Below, piece by piece: positions 10,471 through 21,404 of a DNA stretch of 64,000 nucleotides. Numbering within the stretch: position 1 is the stretch's first letter; each line of letters begins with the position of its first letter. A program made the translations under genes and the position numbers. The stretch comes from Candidatus Binatia bacterium (lineage in GTDB: Bacteria > Desulfobacterota > Binatia > Bin18): positions 544,001-608,000 of the forward strand of contig CAXXHG010000043.1 of the NCBI GenBank assembly GCA_963666315.2. Reading direction: 5' to 3'. The notes beneath the pieces are model-generated. The model worked only from the letters and a program-made list of their open reading frames with translations, had not been told where the DNA came from and searched no databases.

Positions 10471-11495
10471 GAGAAATCCCTGGACTGCCTCATCGAGGTC
10501 GGCATCGTCATCAACAATGATGGCATTCTTGCCTCCCATTTCGGCAATCACTTTTTTAATACCACGCTGACCCTGGGTGGTTTGGGCGGCCAGGGCGTTG
10601 ATGCGTAAACCCACCTCACGTGATCCGGTGAAAGCAACAATATTGATAAGCGGATGGGTGACAAGGTATTCCGCGACCTCCTCGCCCAGGCCGGGTAGAT
10701 AGGACAATACTCCGGGTGGCAGGCCCGCGCTCCGAAAGATGTCCATCAGCTTGGCCGCAGTAACGGGCGTCTGCTCGGCGGGTTTCATGATCACGCTATT
10801 CCCGGTCACTAACGCCGCAGCAGCCATGCCGGTCAGGATTGCCACAGGAAAATTCCACGGCGCAAGAACAGCCGCACTCCCGCGGGCTTGATAAAAATAG
10901 GCGTTGGCCTCGCCGGGCTCGTCATCGAGCGGCTGGCCTGCCGCGAGGCGGCGCATTTCGTGGGCGTGATACACCAGAAAATCAATAGCCTCACACACAT
11001 CCGCATCGGCCTCGCGCCAGGGCTTGCCTGCCTTGAGCACTTCCCAACCTGCAAGCTCCAGCCGCATCTCGTCAGCAGCCCGCAGCAGGACGTCTATCCG
11101 CTCTTCGACCGGAGTCGCGCGCCAAGCGGGAAAGGTCTGCTGTGCCGCTTGGACTCTCCGCTCCCGCGCAACCTGGCCAATGATGGTTTCTGGATGCGAA
11201 GGATTCCGAGAGATCAGGGAGGTGTCGGTGGTGCTGGGCTCGTCGTTAATAATCAACGGGTACGAGCGTCCACATTGTTGCTGCACGGATTCAAGTGCCG
11301 CCTGGAATTGGCGCTGGTTTTCCGCTTGTGCGAAATCCAGCAGGGGTTCCTTCTGAAATCCGCCATGCACCAGTCCAGAATTCTCTCGTCCCACCACGCG
11401 AAGTGCAAGGCGGATGGGAAGTCTGCCTTAAGATGGGTAAAGAGCTCACGACCAATTGTTTGGATCTGGTGTTCGATTTCGTCGGAGAAAGCCAT
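10471..11495 (-). pseudogene. putA: PutA (proline dehydrogenase/P5C dehydrogenase) remnant
   Basis: N-terminus MAFSDEIEHQIQTIGRELF...WWDERILDWCMAD is joined directly to the ALDH part FQKEPLLDF...APWNFP...KPAEQT...FTGSREVG...AEMGGKNA. The PRODH domain and C-terminus are missing. Confidence 0.85.
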
Positions 11496-11624
11496 AGGCG
11501 CCCGCCTTGAGTATATTTTTCAGTATAGCGCGGTATGAGTGAAGGGATGAAACACACTGCTAGTCGTTATGAAGCAAAACCCGTCTCAGCTGACGATTCC
11601 GAGTTTCCTTGGTACAGTGCAGAC

Positions 11625-13208
11625 ATGTCTCCCACTTCATCGCCCGAGTCTCCATCCCGAGCGCAGATCGTTCGAAAAGGCCACCCTATTGTTGTTGCCA
11701 CGCTCATCAGTCGCCCGCTGGGCTTCATTCGTGAGGCGGTGCAAGCGGCGCTGTTTGGCGCGTCTCGTCTGACGGATGCCTTTCTGGTCGCCTATAACGT
11801 ACCGGAGATGATCCAGACCCTCTTCTTTAGCGGGGTGCTAAGCAACTTCTTCGTGCCGGTTATCACCCGCTACCGTGAAGACAAGGACGAGCTGAGCACC
11901 ATTTTTAGTGTTGCTTTGAACGGCGCCTTACTCTTCTCCCTTTTCCTGCTCGGCGTTTGCTACGCTTCAGCCTCCGGACTCATGACGCTGGCCGCGCCGG
12001 GTTTGGGCGGAGACGATCATGCTTTGGTGGTGTTCCTCTTCCGCTTTATGCTACCCATGCTCGTCCTGCACTGCTTACTGGCAGTGATGAAGGGTACATT
12101 AAATAGCCTCGACCACTACGCCATGCCGGAATACGCCGGCGTCTTCTTCAATCTCGTCATGATAGTCTGCGCGCTGAGCCTAGCACCGACGTATGGCATC
12201 ACCAGTCTTGCCATCGGGGCGGTGGCCGGCAGTGTCCTGCAACTGCTGGTCCAGCTTCCAACGCTCCACCGCCGTGGTATCCGCTATCGGTTCACCTTTG
12301 CCTTTCAGCACCCGGCACTGCGGGAAATGGGTGGATTGGCGCTGGGGGCCTTGGTGGCTACGGCTGTCGTTCCGCTGAATGCCTTTGTGGCGCGGGCACT
12401 GGCCTCAACACTGCAAGAAGGCAGTATCTCTGCGCTGGCATATGCCTTTCGTGTTTTTCTGTTGCCGGTCAGTCTGGTTGCGGTGCCCGTCTATACGGTA
12501 TTGCTGACCGAGCTGTCTGCCGCGCACCACGGAGGCCAGCTTGACACGTTCAAAAAGCAAGCCGAAGCAGGTTTGTCACTGCTCTTCGCAGTTGCCCTGC
12601 CGGCAACCGCCATCCTGATAGCCTTGGCTGTCCCCATCACAAGACTTCTGTATGAACGCGGACAGTTCGGCCCAGATGATGTGCGCATGACCAGCCAGGC
12701 GCTGATGGCGTATGGGCTCGGTATTGTGGCCTACGGCACAAGCCAAGTCATGGTCCGGCTTTTCACTGCAAGCAAAGACACGCGCACGCCTGCCTGGGTT
12801 GGTCTTGCTTCGATTGCGGTAAATGCCCTTGGCTGTTGGCTGCTGATGCACGTCTGGGGGCATTGGGGCATTGCGCTGGTCATATCGCTGGTGTCCTACG
12901 TGAACACGCTGGTGCTCTACCTCATCTTCCGGCATCGATACGGGCCGCTGGATGAAGGATTCTTGTCGCGCAGTCTGCTGACTCACTTGACGTTGGCGAT
13001 AGTTTTGGGAGGCAGTCTATTTTATCTTGGACAGCCGCTTGCCAAAACGCCAGGCTCACTCATGACCGTTGAGCATGTGCTCCATCTGGCTGGGATTGTA
13101 ACGATAGCTGGAGGGCTTTATCTCGTCCTTGGCCTGCTCTTCAAGGTCGAGGAGATACAGACTCTTATGCGGATGATCAAGCGGTGGATCGTGCGGATCG
13201 CAAGATAA
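11625..13208 (+). CDS. murJ: Lipid II flippase MurJ (MviN)
   Basis: SRPLGFIRE, DAFLVAYNVPE, LYERGQFG, DTRTP; multi-TM; start uncertain (11535 or 11625). Confidence 0.88.
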   Translation: MSPTSSPESPSRAQIVRKGHPIVVATLISRPLGFIREAVQAALFGASRLTDAFLVAYNVPEMIQTLFFSGVLSNFFVPVITRYREDKDELSTIFSVALNGALLFSLFLLGVCYASASGLMTLAAPGLGGDDHALVVFLFRFMLPMLVLHCLLAVMKGTLNSLDHYAMPEYAGVFFNLVMIVCALSLAPTYGITSLAIGAVAGSVLQLLVQLPTLHRRGIRYRFTFAFQHPALREMGGLALGALVATAVVPLNAFVARALASTLQEGSISALAYAFRVFLLPVSLVAVPVYTVLLTELSAAHHGGQLDTFKKQAEAGLSLLFAVALPATAILIALAVPITRLLYERGQFGPDDVRMTSQALMAYGLGIVAYGTSQVMVRLFTASKDTRTPAWVGLASIAVNALGCWLLMHVWGHWGIALVISLVSYVNTLVLYLIFRHRYGPLDEGFLSRSLLTHLTLAIVLGGSLFYLGQPLAKTPGSLMTVEHVLHLAGIVTIAGGLYLVLGLLFKVEEIQTLMRMIKRWIVRIAR

Positions 13209-13233
13209 CTGCCTCTACGGCTGAAAACGGAGG

Positions 13234-15132
13234 CTATTGGGGTATAGATTCCAAGGTCTCCCAGTGTTGATACGAGGCTTCCAATTCCTGTTCGAGGATT
13301 GTTAAGCGAGCGTGCAGGGCAGCAAACTTCTCGCTGCCCTGACGATACAACTCGGGATCGGCGAGCGTCGCATGCACTGCTGCTTGTTCACTTTCGAGCG
13401 CTTCAATGCGTGGGGGCAATTCCTCAAGCTCGCGTTGTTCCTTATAGCTCAACTTTCGTGGGCGTTGCGCTCGGTCGCGCCGTAGCGAAGATTTCTTTTG
13501 AGCCGGCTGCATCGGAGCAGAGTCCGCCGGCTGCGCCGACCTGCGTTGGCGCAGCCAGTCATCATATCCGCCCACATATTCGTTGATCTGTCCCTCGTCT
13601 TCAAATACGAGGGTGCTGGTCGCGACGTTATTGAGAAACATCCGGTCATGGCTGACTAAGAGCACGGTCCCGGTGTACTCAAGCAGGAGTTCTTCGAGCA
13701 GTTCGAGCGTCTCGGCGTCCAGGTCGTTGGTCGGCTCGTCTAAGACCAAGACATTCGACGGCTGGGAGAACAGGCGAGCCAGCAACAAGCGGTTTCGTTC
13801 TCCTCCGGATAAAATACTGACCGGACTCCGGACACGATCCGCAGAGAACAGGAAATCTCGAAGATAGCCCATAATGTGGCGATCTTTGCCGTTGAAGGTA
13901 ATATAGTCGTCGCCGCTTCCAACAATCTCCTGAACGGTTTTGTCTTCGTCCAGGGGCGTTCGAAGCTGGTCAAAATAGGCGACCGCGAGGCGCGTGCCTT
14001 GTTCGACCTGGCCGTGCTGGGGAGTGAGTTCACCCAGCAGGAGCTGCAGCAGTGTCGTCTTGCCGGCTCCATTCGGGCCGACAATGCCGATCTTATCCCC
14101 GCGCATGATGGTGACGGAAAAACCGCGGACAACAGAGTTATCTCCGTACGCGTACCCAACGTCTGTTGCACGCAACACGAGTTTCCCCGAGCGTTCGGCC
14201 TCTTGGACTTGTAAACGCGCCGTGCCCACTTGCTCTCGGCGATTTTTCCGCTGTTGACGCAGCTCTAGGAGGACGCGTACGCGGCCTTCATTGCGCGTAC
14301 GCCGGGCTTTGATGCCTTGGCGTATCCAGGCCTCTTCCTGGGCCAGATTTTTATCGAACTGTGCCCAGTGCCCGGCTTCTGTCTCGAGTGCCGCCTGTTT
14401 GCGCTCTAAGAACGTTCCGTAATCACACGACCAATTGGTCAAACGCCCACGGTCCAGTTCGACTATCCGGGTGGCCAATTTTTTGAGCAGCATGCGGTCG
14501 TGCGTCACGAACAACAGCGTCTTACTATTTTGCAGCAAGAACTCCTCAAGCCAGGTGATAGAGTCGAGATCGAGATGATTAGTTGGTTCGTCGAGCAGCA
14601 GAATATCGGGATCGCTGACTAACGCCTCGGCGAGCAAGACACGGCGTTTGAGTCCGCCCGAGAGGGTGTCAAACCCGACGTGTTCGTCGAGTTTCAGACT
14701 CATCAGCGTCCGTTCGACCTGCTGATGGATCAGCCAGCCGCCGTTGCCATCTAAGGTCTGCTGCAGAGTGTCTAATTGACGTAGGAGTTTTTGGTCGCCC
14801 GTTTGGCTCATCTGAGTGCTAATCGCGTGGTATTCGGCCAGCGTTTCGCCGAGTTTGCCCAGGCCTTGGGTGACGCGGTGTAAAACCGTGCCCGGTAAGG
14901 ATTGCGGAATTTCCTGGGGAAGGAAGCTCGTCCGCATATCCTTTGCGCATACCACCTGGCCGCTGTCCGGGCGAACTTCACCCTGAATGATCTTCATCAG
15001 GGTAGACTTCCCAGTGCCATTCCGGCCTAAGATACCCACCCGCTCACCCGGTTCGAGCTGCAGACTCACGCCGTCTAATAACGGCGGATCACCAAAGTTG
15101 ACATGGATGTCCTGGAGGCTCAGTAAGGCCAT
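13234..15132 (-). CDS. uup: ABC-F family ATPase Uup
   Basis: Two ABC domains, EEAWIRQGIKARRTRNEGRVR linker, C-terminal KLSYKEQRELEELP coiled coil. Confidence 0.92.
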   Translation of the reverse strand: MALLSLQDIHVNFGDPPLLDGVSLQLEPGERVGILGRNGTGKSTLMKIIQGEVRPDSGQVVCAKDMRTSFLPQEIPQSLPGTVLHRVTQGLGKLGETLAEYHAISTQMSQTGDQKLLRQLDTLQQTLDGNGGWLIHQQVERTLMSLKLDEHVGFDTLSGGLKRRVLLAEALVSDPDILLLDEPTNHLDLDSITWLEEFLLQNSKTLLFVTHDRMLLKKLATRIVELDRGRLTNWSCDYGTFLERKQAALETEAGHWAQFDKNLAQEEAWIRQGIKARRTRNEGRVRVLLELRQQRKNRREQVGTARLQVQEAERSGKLVLRATDVGYAYGDNSVVRGFSVTIMRGDKIGIVGPNGAGKTTLLQLLLGELTPQHGQVEQGTRLAVAYFDQLRTPLDEDKTVQEIVGSGDDYITFNGKDRHIMGYLRDFLFSADRVRSPVSILSGGERNRLLLARLFSQPSNVLVLDEPTNDLDAETLELLEELLLEYTGTVLLVSHDRMFLNNVATSTLVFEDEGQINEYVGGYDDWLRQRRSAQPADSAPMQPAQKKSSLRRDRAQRPRKLSYKEQRELEELPPRIEALESEQAAVHATLADPELYRQGSEKFAALHARLTILEQELEASYQHWETLESIPQ

Positions 15133-15177
15133 TGCGGTGAGAGATGAGGGGGGAACGGCTATGTTTATCTGCCAGGC

Positions 15178-15469
15178 TTAATCATTTTCCGCCATGAGCG
15201 CTTGCTGTGCGACCTTTGGGAGCTTGATCGAAGCAAATATTGAGGTTGGATAGAGATAGCCATCGGATTCTGATGTATCCTCATCAATGACGCGAAGCAT
15301 AGCGTGGGACTCTGCTTCTGTATCCGGCAAAGTCCGGTAGACCTTACCTGGAATCAGACCGGCCGGGTTGCTCTAGTTGTTGATGCAAATGACAAAATTA
15401 TTCACAGCAGAACTCGCTTAATCTTTCAATATCTCTGATTTCACCAAGGATCTCAAACCCTGCTGCCAT
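15178..15469 (-). pseudogene. Decayed two-gene small module (putative toxin-antitoxin pair)
   Basis: The upstream gene reads MAAGFEILGEIRDIE and is joined by deletion to its terminal KIKRVLL*. It overlaps (GTGA) a downstream gene 15178..15405, MNNFVICINN*SNPAGLIPGKVYRTLPD...RVIDED...GYLYP, with in-frame TAG at 15373-15375. Confidence 0.6.
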
Positions 15470-15904
15470 CTCCCACCATTCTGATTCAAAATACCTGCTC
15501 CAACTATGCCTTTTCTCAGGAGGCTTTTACAGATCACCAAGGTTCTCTTTTGTGTGAAGCACAAAAGAGGGGCTTAGTTCAGCCAAGTTTCAGGACTATT
15601 GGGGAAACCACCACACGCCTGGTTCCAACATGCCGGAACTTGATTGATATGTACAGTGTCACGTATTGCTGGAAACGTCTGCCAGCTACGACGGCGTGGA
15701 TGAGCTATGGTGCAAGGATGTTGCGGCCTGTGAGCGCTGTTGGAGTTCTGTCAACAGTTTGGCCAAGACCTGGTCCGCTGAAAGGGTGCCGTGAGTAACT
15801 TTCTCCAGGAACGCCTTTTTTGTCAAACGGTGGGTTGCCTTGAGCGTAGCCATACTTCCCTCACTGGTTCTGACAATGTAGCCGACGTAATCTGCTGAGG
15901 CCGC

Positions 15905-17887
15905 TCACCCTGAGCTTGCCGAAGCCTGTCCTGAGCGTAGCCGAAGGGGGCGAATCCGCTCTTCAATCGCGCGGAAGACGGCGTCGGTGCACCCTTCTAC
16001 AGTCTGATCGACTGTGGTCAGGCGTAAGGCCGGATTTTCAGGCTGCTCGTAGGGAGAAGAGATGCCGGTGAATTCCGGAATCTCACCCGCGCGCGCCTTT
16101 GCATACAGCCCCTTTACATCCCGCTCCTCACACACCTCAAGTGGCGTATCTACGTACACGTCAAAAAAGCGCTCGGGCCCAATGACCTCGGCTGCATTCT
16201 GACGATCAGCCAGAAACGGTGAGATGACCGGGACAAGCACGATCAGGCCGGCCTGATTAAACAGCTGGGCGATCTCGGCGATGCGCCGAATATTCTCGCG
16301 TCGGTCGTCTGTAGAAAACGCCAGATCACGGTTGAGGCCGAAGCGTACATTGTCTCCGTCGAGACGATAGACGTGAAAGCCTGCAGCATGCAGGCGCTGT
16401 TCGAGCTGCTCGGCAATCGACGATTTGCCGGAACCGGATAAGCCGGTCAGCCAGACGGTCAGCGCACGTTGACCGAGTGCACTCTCCCGATCCGTTACTG
16501 AAATAAGACCCGTCTCTTCACGAATATGGGCTGATTTCTGAGCATCGACTTGAACCGGCGCCATACGCTGCAGGACTTGCTCTGGCATCCGGTCCAAGAC
16601 CATACCGGCGCCAACCGTGTTGTTCGTCAGGCGATCAATCACAATGAACGCTCCGCAGGTCCGATTCTTCCGGTAGGGGTCGAACGCGACCGGTTTTTCC
16701 AACGTAAATGCACACCGCCCGATTTCATTCAGCGCGAGCTGGTCAGCGCTCTCTCGATGCAGCGTATTAATATTCATCCGATAGCGCACGTCGGTGATCA
16801 CCCCAGGCGCTTTGTTGGTCGTGTGTTTGATGAAGTATTGTTTGTCCAGCCGTAGCGGCTCTGCGGCCATCCACACCAGCATGGCTTCAAAACTCTTGGC
16901 TTCCATGGGCACATTGTTGGGATGGACCAGCATGTCGCCCCGACTGATATCGATTTCGTCCTCAAGGGTCAGGGTCACGGCCAGCGGGGGCATAGCCTGC
17001 GCAATCTCTCCTTCAAAGGTGTGAATTGCCTTGATCCGGCTCGTTTGGCGGGACGGAAAAACCATTACCTCGTCGCCTGGACGTACGATCCCGGAAGCCA
17101 CCGTCCCACAATAGCCCCGAAAATTGAGATTGGGTCGATTCACGTATTGGACCGGAAAACGAAAGTCGATCAGATTGACATCCGAGGCAATATAGACGTT
17201 CTCCAGCATATGCATGAGCGGACTGCCCTCATACCAGGGCATGTTTTCGCCGTGATGGACAACGTTGTCGCCTTTGAGCGCAGCCATGGGCAGGAAGTGT
17301 ACGTCACTGAGTTCAAGCTTGGCCGCAAAGGCGGCATAGTCTGCCACAATACGATCAAAGGTCTCTTGGCTGTAATCAACCAGATCCATCTTATTGACCG
17401 CAACGACAATATGTTTGATGCCTAACAAAGAGGCGATAAAGCTGTGGCGACGGGTCTGGGTCAGGACTCCCAGTCGGGCATCAATCAAGATGATGGCCAA
17501 GTCACACGTGGAGGCACCGGTCGCCATATTGCGCGTGTACTGCTCATGGCCCGGGGTATCGGCAATGATGAATTTGCGTTTGGCCGTCGAAAAATAGCGA
17601 TAGGCAACATCGATCGTAATCCCCTGCTCACGTTCGGCTTTCAGTCCGTCCGTTAATAGGGCGGGATCAAAGTCCATGTCTGTCGTGCCGTAGCGTACCG
17701 AGTCTTTTTTCATCGCCTCAAGCTGATCCTCATAGATCATCTTGGAGTCATATAGCAGGCGACCGATGAGCGTACTCTTGCCGTCATCCACACTGCCGCA
17801 GGTAAGAAAACGCAACAGGTCTTTGCGTTCATGTTGGGCCAGATAAGCTTCAATATCCGTCACGATTAAGTCAGATTTATGGGACAT
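15905..17887 (-). CDS. cysNC: Bifunctional sulfate adenylyltransferase subunit 1 / APS kinase
   Basis: [36 protein letters not shown]; C-terminal [25 protein letters not shown]. Confidence 0.96.
   Translation of the reverse strand: MSHKSDLIVTDIEAYLAQHERKDLLRFLTCGSVDDGKSTLIGRLLYDSKMIYEDQLEAMKKDSVRYGTTDMDFDPALLTDGLKAEREQGITIDVAYRYFSTAKRKFIIADTPGHEQYTRNMATGASTCDLAIILIDARLGVLTQTRRHSFIASLLGIKHIVVAVNKMDLVDYSQETFDRIVADYAAFAAKLELSDVHFLPMAALKGDNVVHHGENMPWYEGSPLMHMLENVYIASDVNLIDFRFPVQYVNRPNLNFRGYCGTVASGIVRPGDEVMVFPSRQTSRIKAIHTFEGEIAQAMPPLAVTLTLEDEIDISRGDMLVHPNNVPMEAKSFEAMLVWMAAEPLRLDKQYFIKHTTNKAPGVITDVRYRMNINTLHRESADQLALNEIGRCAFTLEKPVAFDPYRKNRTCGAFIVIDRLTNNTVGAGMVLDRMPEQVLQRMAPVQVDAQKSAHIREETGLISVTDRESALGQRALTVWLTGLSGSGKSSIAEQLEQRLHAAGFHVYRLDGDNVRFGLNRDLAFSTDDRRENIRRIAEIAQLFNQAGLIVLVPVISPFLADRQNAAEVIGPERFFDVYVDTPLEVCEERDVKGLYAKARAGEIPEFTGISSPYEQPENPALRLTTVDQTVEGCTDAVFRAIEERIRPLRLRSGQASASSG
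15907..15948. repeat. REP-like 'cctgagc..gycgaagg' palindromic units at the cysNC 3' end
   Basis: ccctgagcttgccgaagc followed by cctgagcgtagccgaagg; partial related units near 15838 and 38762. Confidence 0.5.
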
Positions 17888-17908
17888 ATTGCAATACCCA
17901 ATAGCGTT

Positions 17909-18865
17909 CTAGAAATAGCCTTCCTTTTTCTTCTCTTCCATCGAGCTGGACTGATCAAAATCGATCACGCGGCCCTGGCGTTCAGACTTGGTGGCTAAAA
18001 GCATCTCCTGGATAATCAGCGGCAGGGTGTCTGCCTCGGATTCAATCGCCCCGGTCAGCGGATAGCACCCGAGCGTACGGAAACGCACCTTCTTCATCTG
18101 CGGCCGTTCGCCGGGAAGGAACGGCAGGCGGTCATCGTCGACCAGAATAAGCACCCCATCCCGCTCCACAACCGGCCGTTTCTTGGCGAAATAGAGCCCT
18201 ACGATAGGAATGTTCTCTAGATAGACGTACTGCCAGACATCCAGTTCAGTCCAGTTCGACAGGGGAAAAACCCGAATGCTTTCTCCTTTGTCTACAGTCG
18301 CGTTGTATAAATTCCATAGTTCCGGGCGTTGGTTCTTCGGATCCCAGCGATGATTGCGATCTCGGAACGAATACACCCGTTCTTTGGCCCGGGATTTCTC
18401 CTCGTCACGCCGCGCCCCACCAAAGGCCGCATCAAACTCATATTTGTCGAGCGCTTGTTTGAGCGCTTGCGTCTTCATGACATCGGTATGCTTTTTTGAA
18501 CCGTGGCTAATAGGCCCGATTCCTGCTTTGACGCCGTCTTGGTTGATATACACGATGAGGTCGAACCCCAGCTCTTTTTTGACGTAATTGTCTCGAAACG
18601 TAATCATGTCCCGGAATTTCCAGGTCGTATCAATATGCATGAGCGGAAAAGGCGGCTTGCCTGGGGCAAACGCTTTACGGGCCAAATGCAACATGACGGC
18701 AGAGTCCTTGCCGATCGAATACAACATGACAGGATTGTCAAACTCGGCCGCAACTTCCCGAATGATGTATATGCTTTCTGCCTCAAGGCATTTTAAATGC
18801 GTGAGAGCATAGAGATTTTTTTTCCCCGAATTCTTTTCAAGCAAACTCTTTTCCGTCAAACTCAT
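17909..18865 (-). CDS. cysD: Sulfate adenylyltransferase subunit 2
   Basis: [50 protein letters not shown]. Confidence 0.96.
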   Translation of the reverse strand: MSLTEKSLLEKNSGKKNLYALTHLKCLEAESIYIIREVAAEFDNPVMLYSIGKDSAVMLHLARKAFAPGKPPFPLMHIDTTWKFRDMITFRDNYVKKELGFDLIVYINQDGVKAGIGPISHGSKKHTDVMKTQALKQALDKYEFDAAFGGARRDEEKSRAKERVYSFRDRNHRWDPKNQRPELWNLYNATVDKGESIRVFPLSNWTELDVWQYVYLENIPIVGLYFAKKRPVVERDGVLILVDDDRLPFLPGERPQMKKVRFRTLGCYPLTGAIESEADTLPLIIQEMLLATKSERQGRVIDFDQSSSMEEKKKEGYF

Positions 18866-18992
18866 TTCGGTATAACTCTCCAATTTCTCAGCTCCCTTCT
18901 CGACCAGACCGGACTGGATATTTTCATTATACGCAAACACAGAAATAAAACAGAGACACACAGACCACAGACTTATCCAGATTCTGCCAGAT

Positions 18993-19808
18993 TCATACTG
19001 GACGAGCCGAACCGGGCCGGCACAAGGAACACTGGGGGTCTTTCTCTACAATATGCTCAGTAAAATGAAAGGCTGGGAATGTACACTGCAGGAGTTTTGG
19101 TACGCTTTCTTGATCGGCGGCAACGATCACTTTGAGCGCTTCCGTCGTTTGCTGCGCCCCCATGAATAACGCCGGGGCAGCATCTGTTGACTCGGCTCCC
19201 CGAGCTGGCTCTGCATGGAGGAGATCAGGGACTGGGAAATCGGACGAAAGACAGCGTAGGCACGGCCAGTCCGGCTTGTCGCCCCGAAAGACGAATAGAT
19301 ATGCCTGTCCCGGCACGAGGTGCGCCCAAATGAACGGCTTCCGGGCCACATAACAGGCGTCGTGCAGGACCGCTGTGGCACTTAACACGAGGTCATAGTG
19401 TTGAACCAGCTGTTCCGGTCGTAGAGCGGCCTCTTCATCGTCCCCTCCGATGTGGGTGATAATGGTGCAATCAGGATTCAGGCGCGTGAGCGTCTTGATC
19501 CGCTCATCCTGCTCATTCTGGTCTGATTCACTCGCATCCTCAGCCAAAGCCGAAAAGACCGTGCGAGCTGTTCCAGAGGTACCAGAGGTGACAGATGTAC
19601 GAGATGTATTAGATGTGACAGATTGCGGGCGGATAATGCCGATAGTCCCAACCCCGGCCGCTGCAAGATACAGGAGAGCGGTTGCCTCCAGCAGCCCGTC
19701 AGTGTGGACGAGAACTCGGCTGCGTAGGATTTTTTCCTGCCCTTTTCCCCCACACTGGGGCAAGATGATCTGTCGGCTATAGCGTTCGATCTGGGCGTCA
19801 GAGAGCAT
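18993..19808 (-). CDS. ThiF/MoeB family protein, degenerate adenylation site
   Basis: ERYSRQIIL...GQEKI and two CxxC (CLRC, CSLC) retained. GxGGLG is replaced by HTDGLL, SNLxRQ by a Thr/Ser repeat, and DGTDN is absent. Confidence 0.8.
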   Translation of the reverse strand: MLSDAQIERYSRQIILPQCGGKGQEKILRSRVLVHTDGLLEATALLYLAAAGVGTIGIIRPQSVTSNTSRTSVTSGTSGTARTVFSALAEDASESDQNEQDERIKTLTRLNPDCTIITHIGGDDEEAALRPEQLVQHYDLVLSATAVLHDACYVARKPFIWAHLVPGQAYLFVFRGDKPDWPCLRCLSSDFPVPDLLHAEPARGAESTDAAPALFMGAQQTTEALKVIVAADQESVPKLLQCTFPAFHFTEHIVEKDPQCSLCRPGSARPV

Positions 19809-19811
19809 AGA

Positions 19812-20048
19812 CTATTCGATGACGTTCTTTTCGATCGGCTCGACGGTGACACCTTTTTCTCGCAGCCAGGCTACGGCTTGGTCGATATCCGCCTGCTTCC
19901 CTTCGACTTCCAGTGCGACCAGTCCCATCTCGCCGGAAACATTCGCCCCGCGGATATTCGTCACCAGATGAAACTGCTGCCCAACGAGGTAAATAAGGGG
20001 CTCTTTGATAAGCGCTGTGGGGTACGTCAAATAGAATTTCTCAGTCAT
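19812..20048 (-). CDS. Stand-alone NIL-domain protein
   Basis: LTYP...IKEPLIY...TNIRGANV...LEVEG...AVAWLREKGVTVEPI; ATGA overlap with cysM. Confidence 0.85.
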   Translation of the reverse strand: MTEKFYLTYPTALIKEPLIYLVGQQFHLVTNIRGANVSGEMGLVALEVEGKQADIDQAVAWLREKGVTVEPIEKNVIE

Positions 20049-21049
20049 GCCATTCCCCGTGCCTCAGCGTCTGCCCGGCGGAGATCAAAATCTTTCCAGC
20101 CAACCCACAGATTCGTGCTGAGGTATTTATCTCCAAAATCAGGGAAGAGCGTCACCACCATGCCGGCATCGATTTCACGTGCAATCTTCAGCGCCGTCCA
20201 CATCGCAGCACCGGAAGACTGACCCACTAAGAGACCCTCTTCCCGGACGAGTCGATACACAGTCTCATACGCATCCTCGGTCGAAACACTGATCTTGTCG
20301 TCAAGCTGCTCTTCGTGGTAAATGCCGGGCACGATAGAGCTGGCCATGTGCTTGAGTCCTTCCAAGCCGTGCAACGCATCATCCGGCTCCACGCCGACAA
20401 TCTGGACGTCGGGATTGTGCTCCTTGAGATACCGACCGGTCCCCATCAGCGTCCCGCCGGTGCCCATGCCCGCCACAAAGTGCGAGATTTTTTCCTGTGT
20501 TTGCCACCACAGCTCTGGGCCGGTCGTCTCGTAGTGGGCGAGAGAATTGGCCGGATTAAAGTATTGATCGGGTTTGAAATAACGCTCCGGATTTTCGTGT
20601 AACACCGCACGACACTGTTCGAGAGCGCCGTCCGAACCCTCCATAGGGTCACTGAAAATCATCGTAGCACCATACGCGGCAATCATTTTCTTGCGCTCGA
20701 TGCTGACGTTGGCTGGGATGACCAGCGTGACAGGATATTGGAGCACTGCCCCAACCATAGCCAAGGAAATGCCGGTGTTACCGGAGGTCGAGTCTAGAAT
20801 GACCTTGCCCGGCGTCAACGCTCCGGTCTCAATTCCCTCCTGGACCATGCGTAGCGCGGGTCGATCTTTGACCGAACCACCGGGATTAAAGCCTTCGAGC
20901 TTGGCAAAGATACTCACGCGCGGAGAGATGCCCGTGGTAATCCGGGTAATCTCTAAAAGCGGCGTATCTCCAATCAAATGAAGGACAGACGGGACCCGCA
21001 GCAGTCCGGACTGGGGCGGCCCCTCGGAACGTCCAGGCAAAAGGGACAC
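20045..21049 (-). CDS. cysM: PLP-dependent cysteine synthase (CysM-like)
   Basis: KLEGFNPGGSVKDR, STSGNTG, QYFNPAN, GMGTGGT, GQSSGA, DFGDKYLS. Confidence 0.88.
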   Translation of the reverse strand: MSLLPGRSEGPPQSGLLRVPSVLHLIGDTPLLEITRITTGISPRVSIFAKLEGFNPGGSVKDRPALRMVQEGIETGALTPGKVILDSTSGNTGISLAMVGAVLQYPVTLVIPANVSIERKKMIAAYGATMIFSDPMEGSDGALEQCRAVLHENPERYFKPDQYFNPANSLAHYETTGPELWWQTQEKISHFVAGMGTGGTLMGTGRYLKEHNPDVQIVGVEPDDALHGLEGLKHMASSIVPGIYHEEQLDDKISVSTEDAYETVYRLVREEGLLVGQSSGAAMWTALKIAREIDAGMVVTLFPDFGDKYLSTNLWVGWKDFDLRRADAEARGMA

Positions 21050-21052
21050 TTC

Positions 21053-21328
21053 TCACCCTCCGGCAATGGCAGGCACAACGGACACTTCGTCTCCGTCTTT
21101 AACTGGAGTCTCGAGATTATTGAGAAAACGAATGTCTTCGCCATTGACAAAAATGTTGACAAAGCGGCGCACCTGTCCCTCCTCATCACACAGCCGCTCC
21201 TTCGTACCGGGATGGTGACTTTCCATATCATCAATTAGCACCCCAACCGTGGCTCCATCGGCCGAGACCACTGCCTCACCGCCGGTCAAGCGACGCAGTG
21301 GAGTTGGGATACGTACCTGAACACTCAT
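21053..21328 (-). CDS. Ubiquitin-like sulfur carrier (MoaD/ThiS/CysO family)
   Basis: MSVQVRIPTPLR...RFVNIFVNGEDIRFL...VPAIAGG ending in free Gly-Gly; GAGG RBS. Confidence 0.93.
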   Translation of the reverse strand: MSVQVRIPTPLRRLTGGEAVVSADGATVGVLIDDMESHHPGTKERLCDEEGQVRRFVNIFVNGEDIRFLNNLETPVKDGDEVSVVPAIAGG

Positions 21329-21404
21329 ATGAATTACCTCCTCGTTCGGGTTCACTATTGCGAGTCCACTGTTGCGGTTTTGGTGTGGTCTGACAATCAC
21401 CCTG

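Noticed and set aside
15480-15900. ORF 15550..15798 and surrounding intergenic DNA
   Set aside because: No recognisable motif, RBS or RNA structure; left unannotated.
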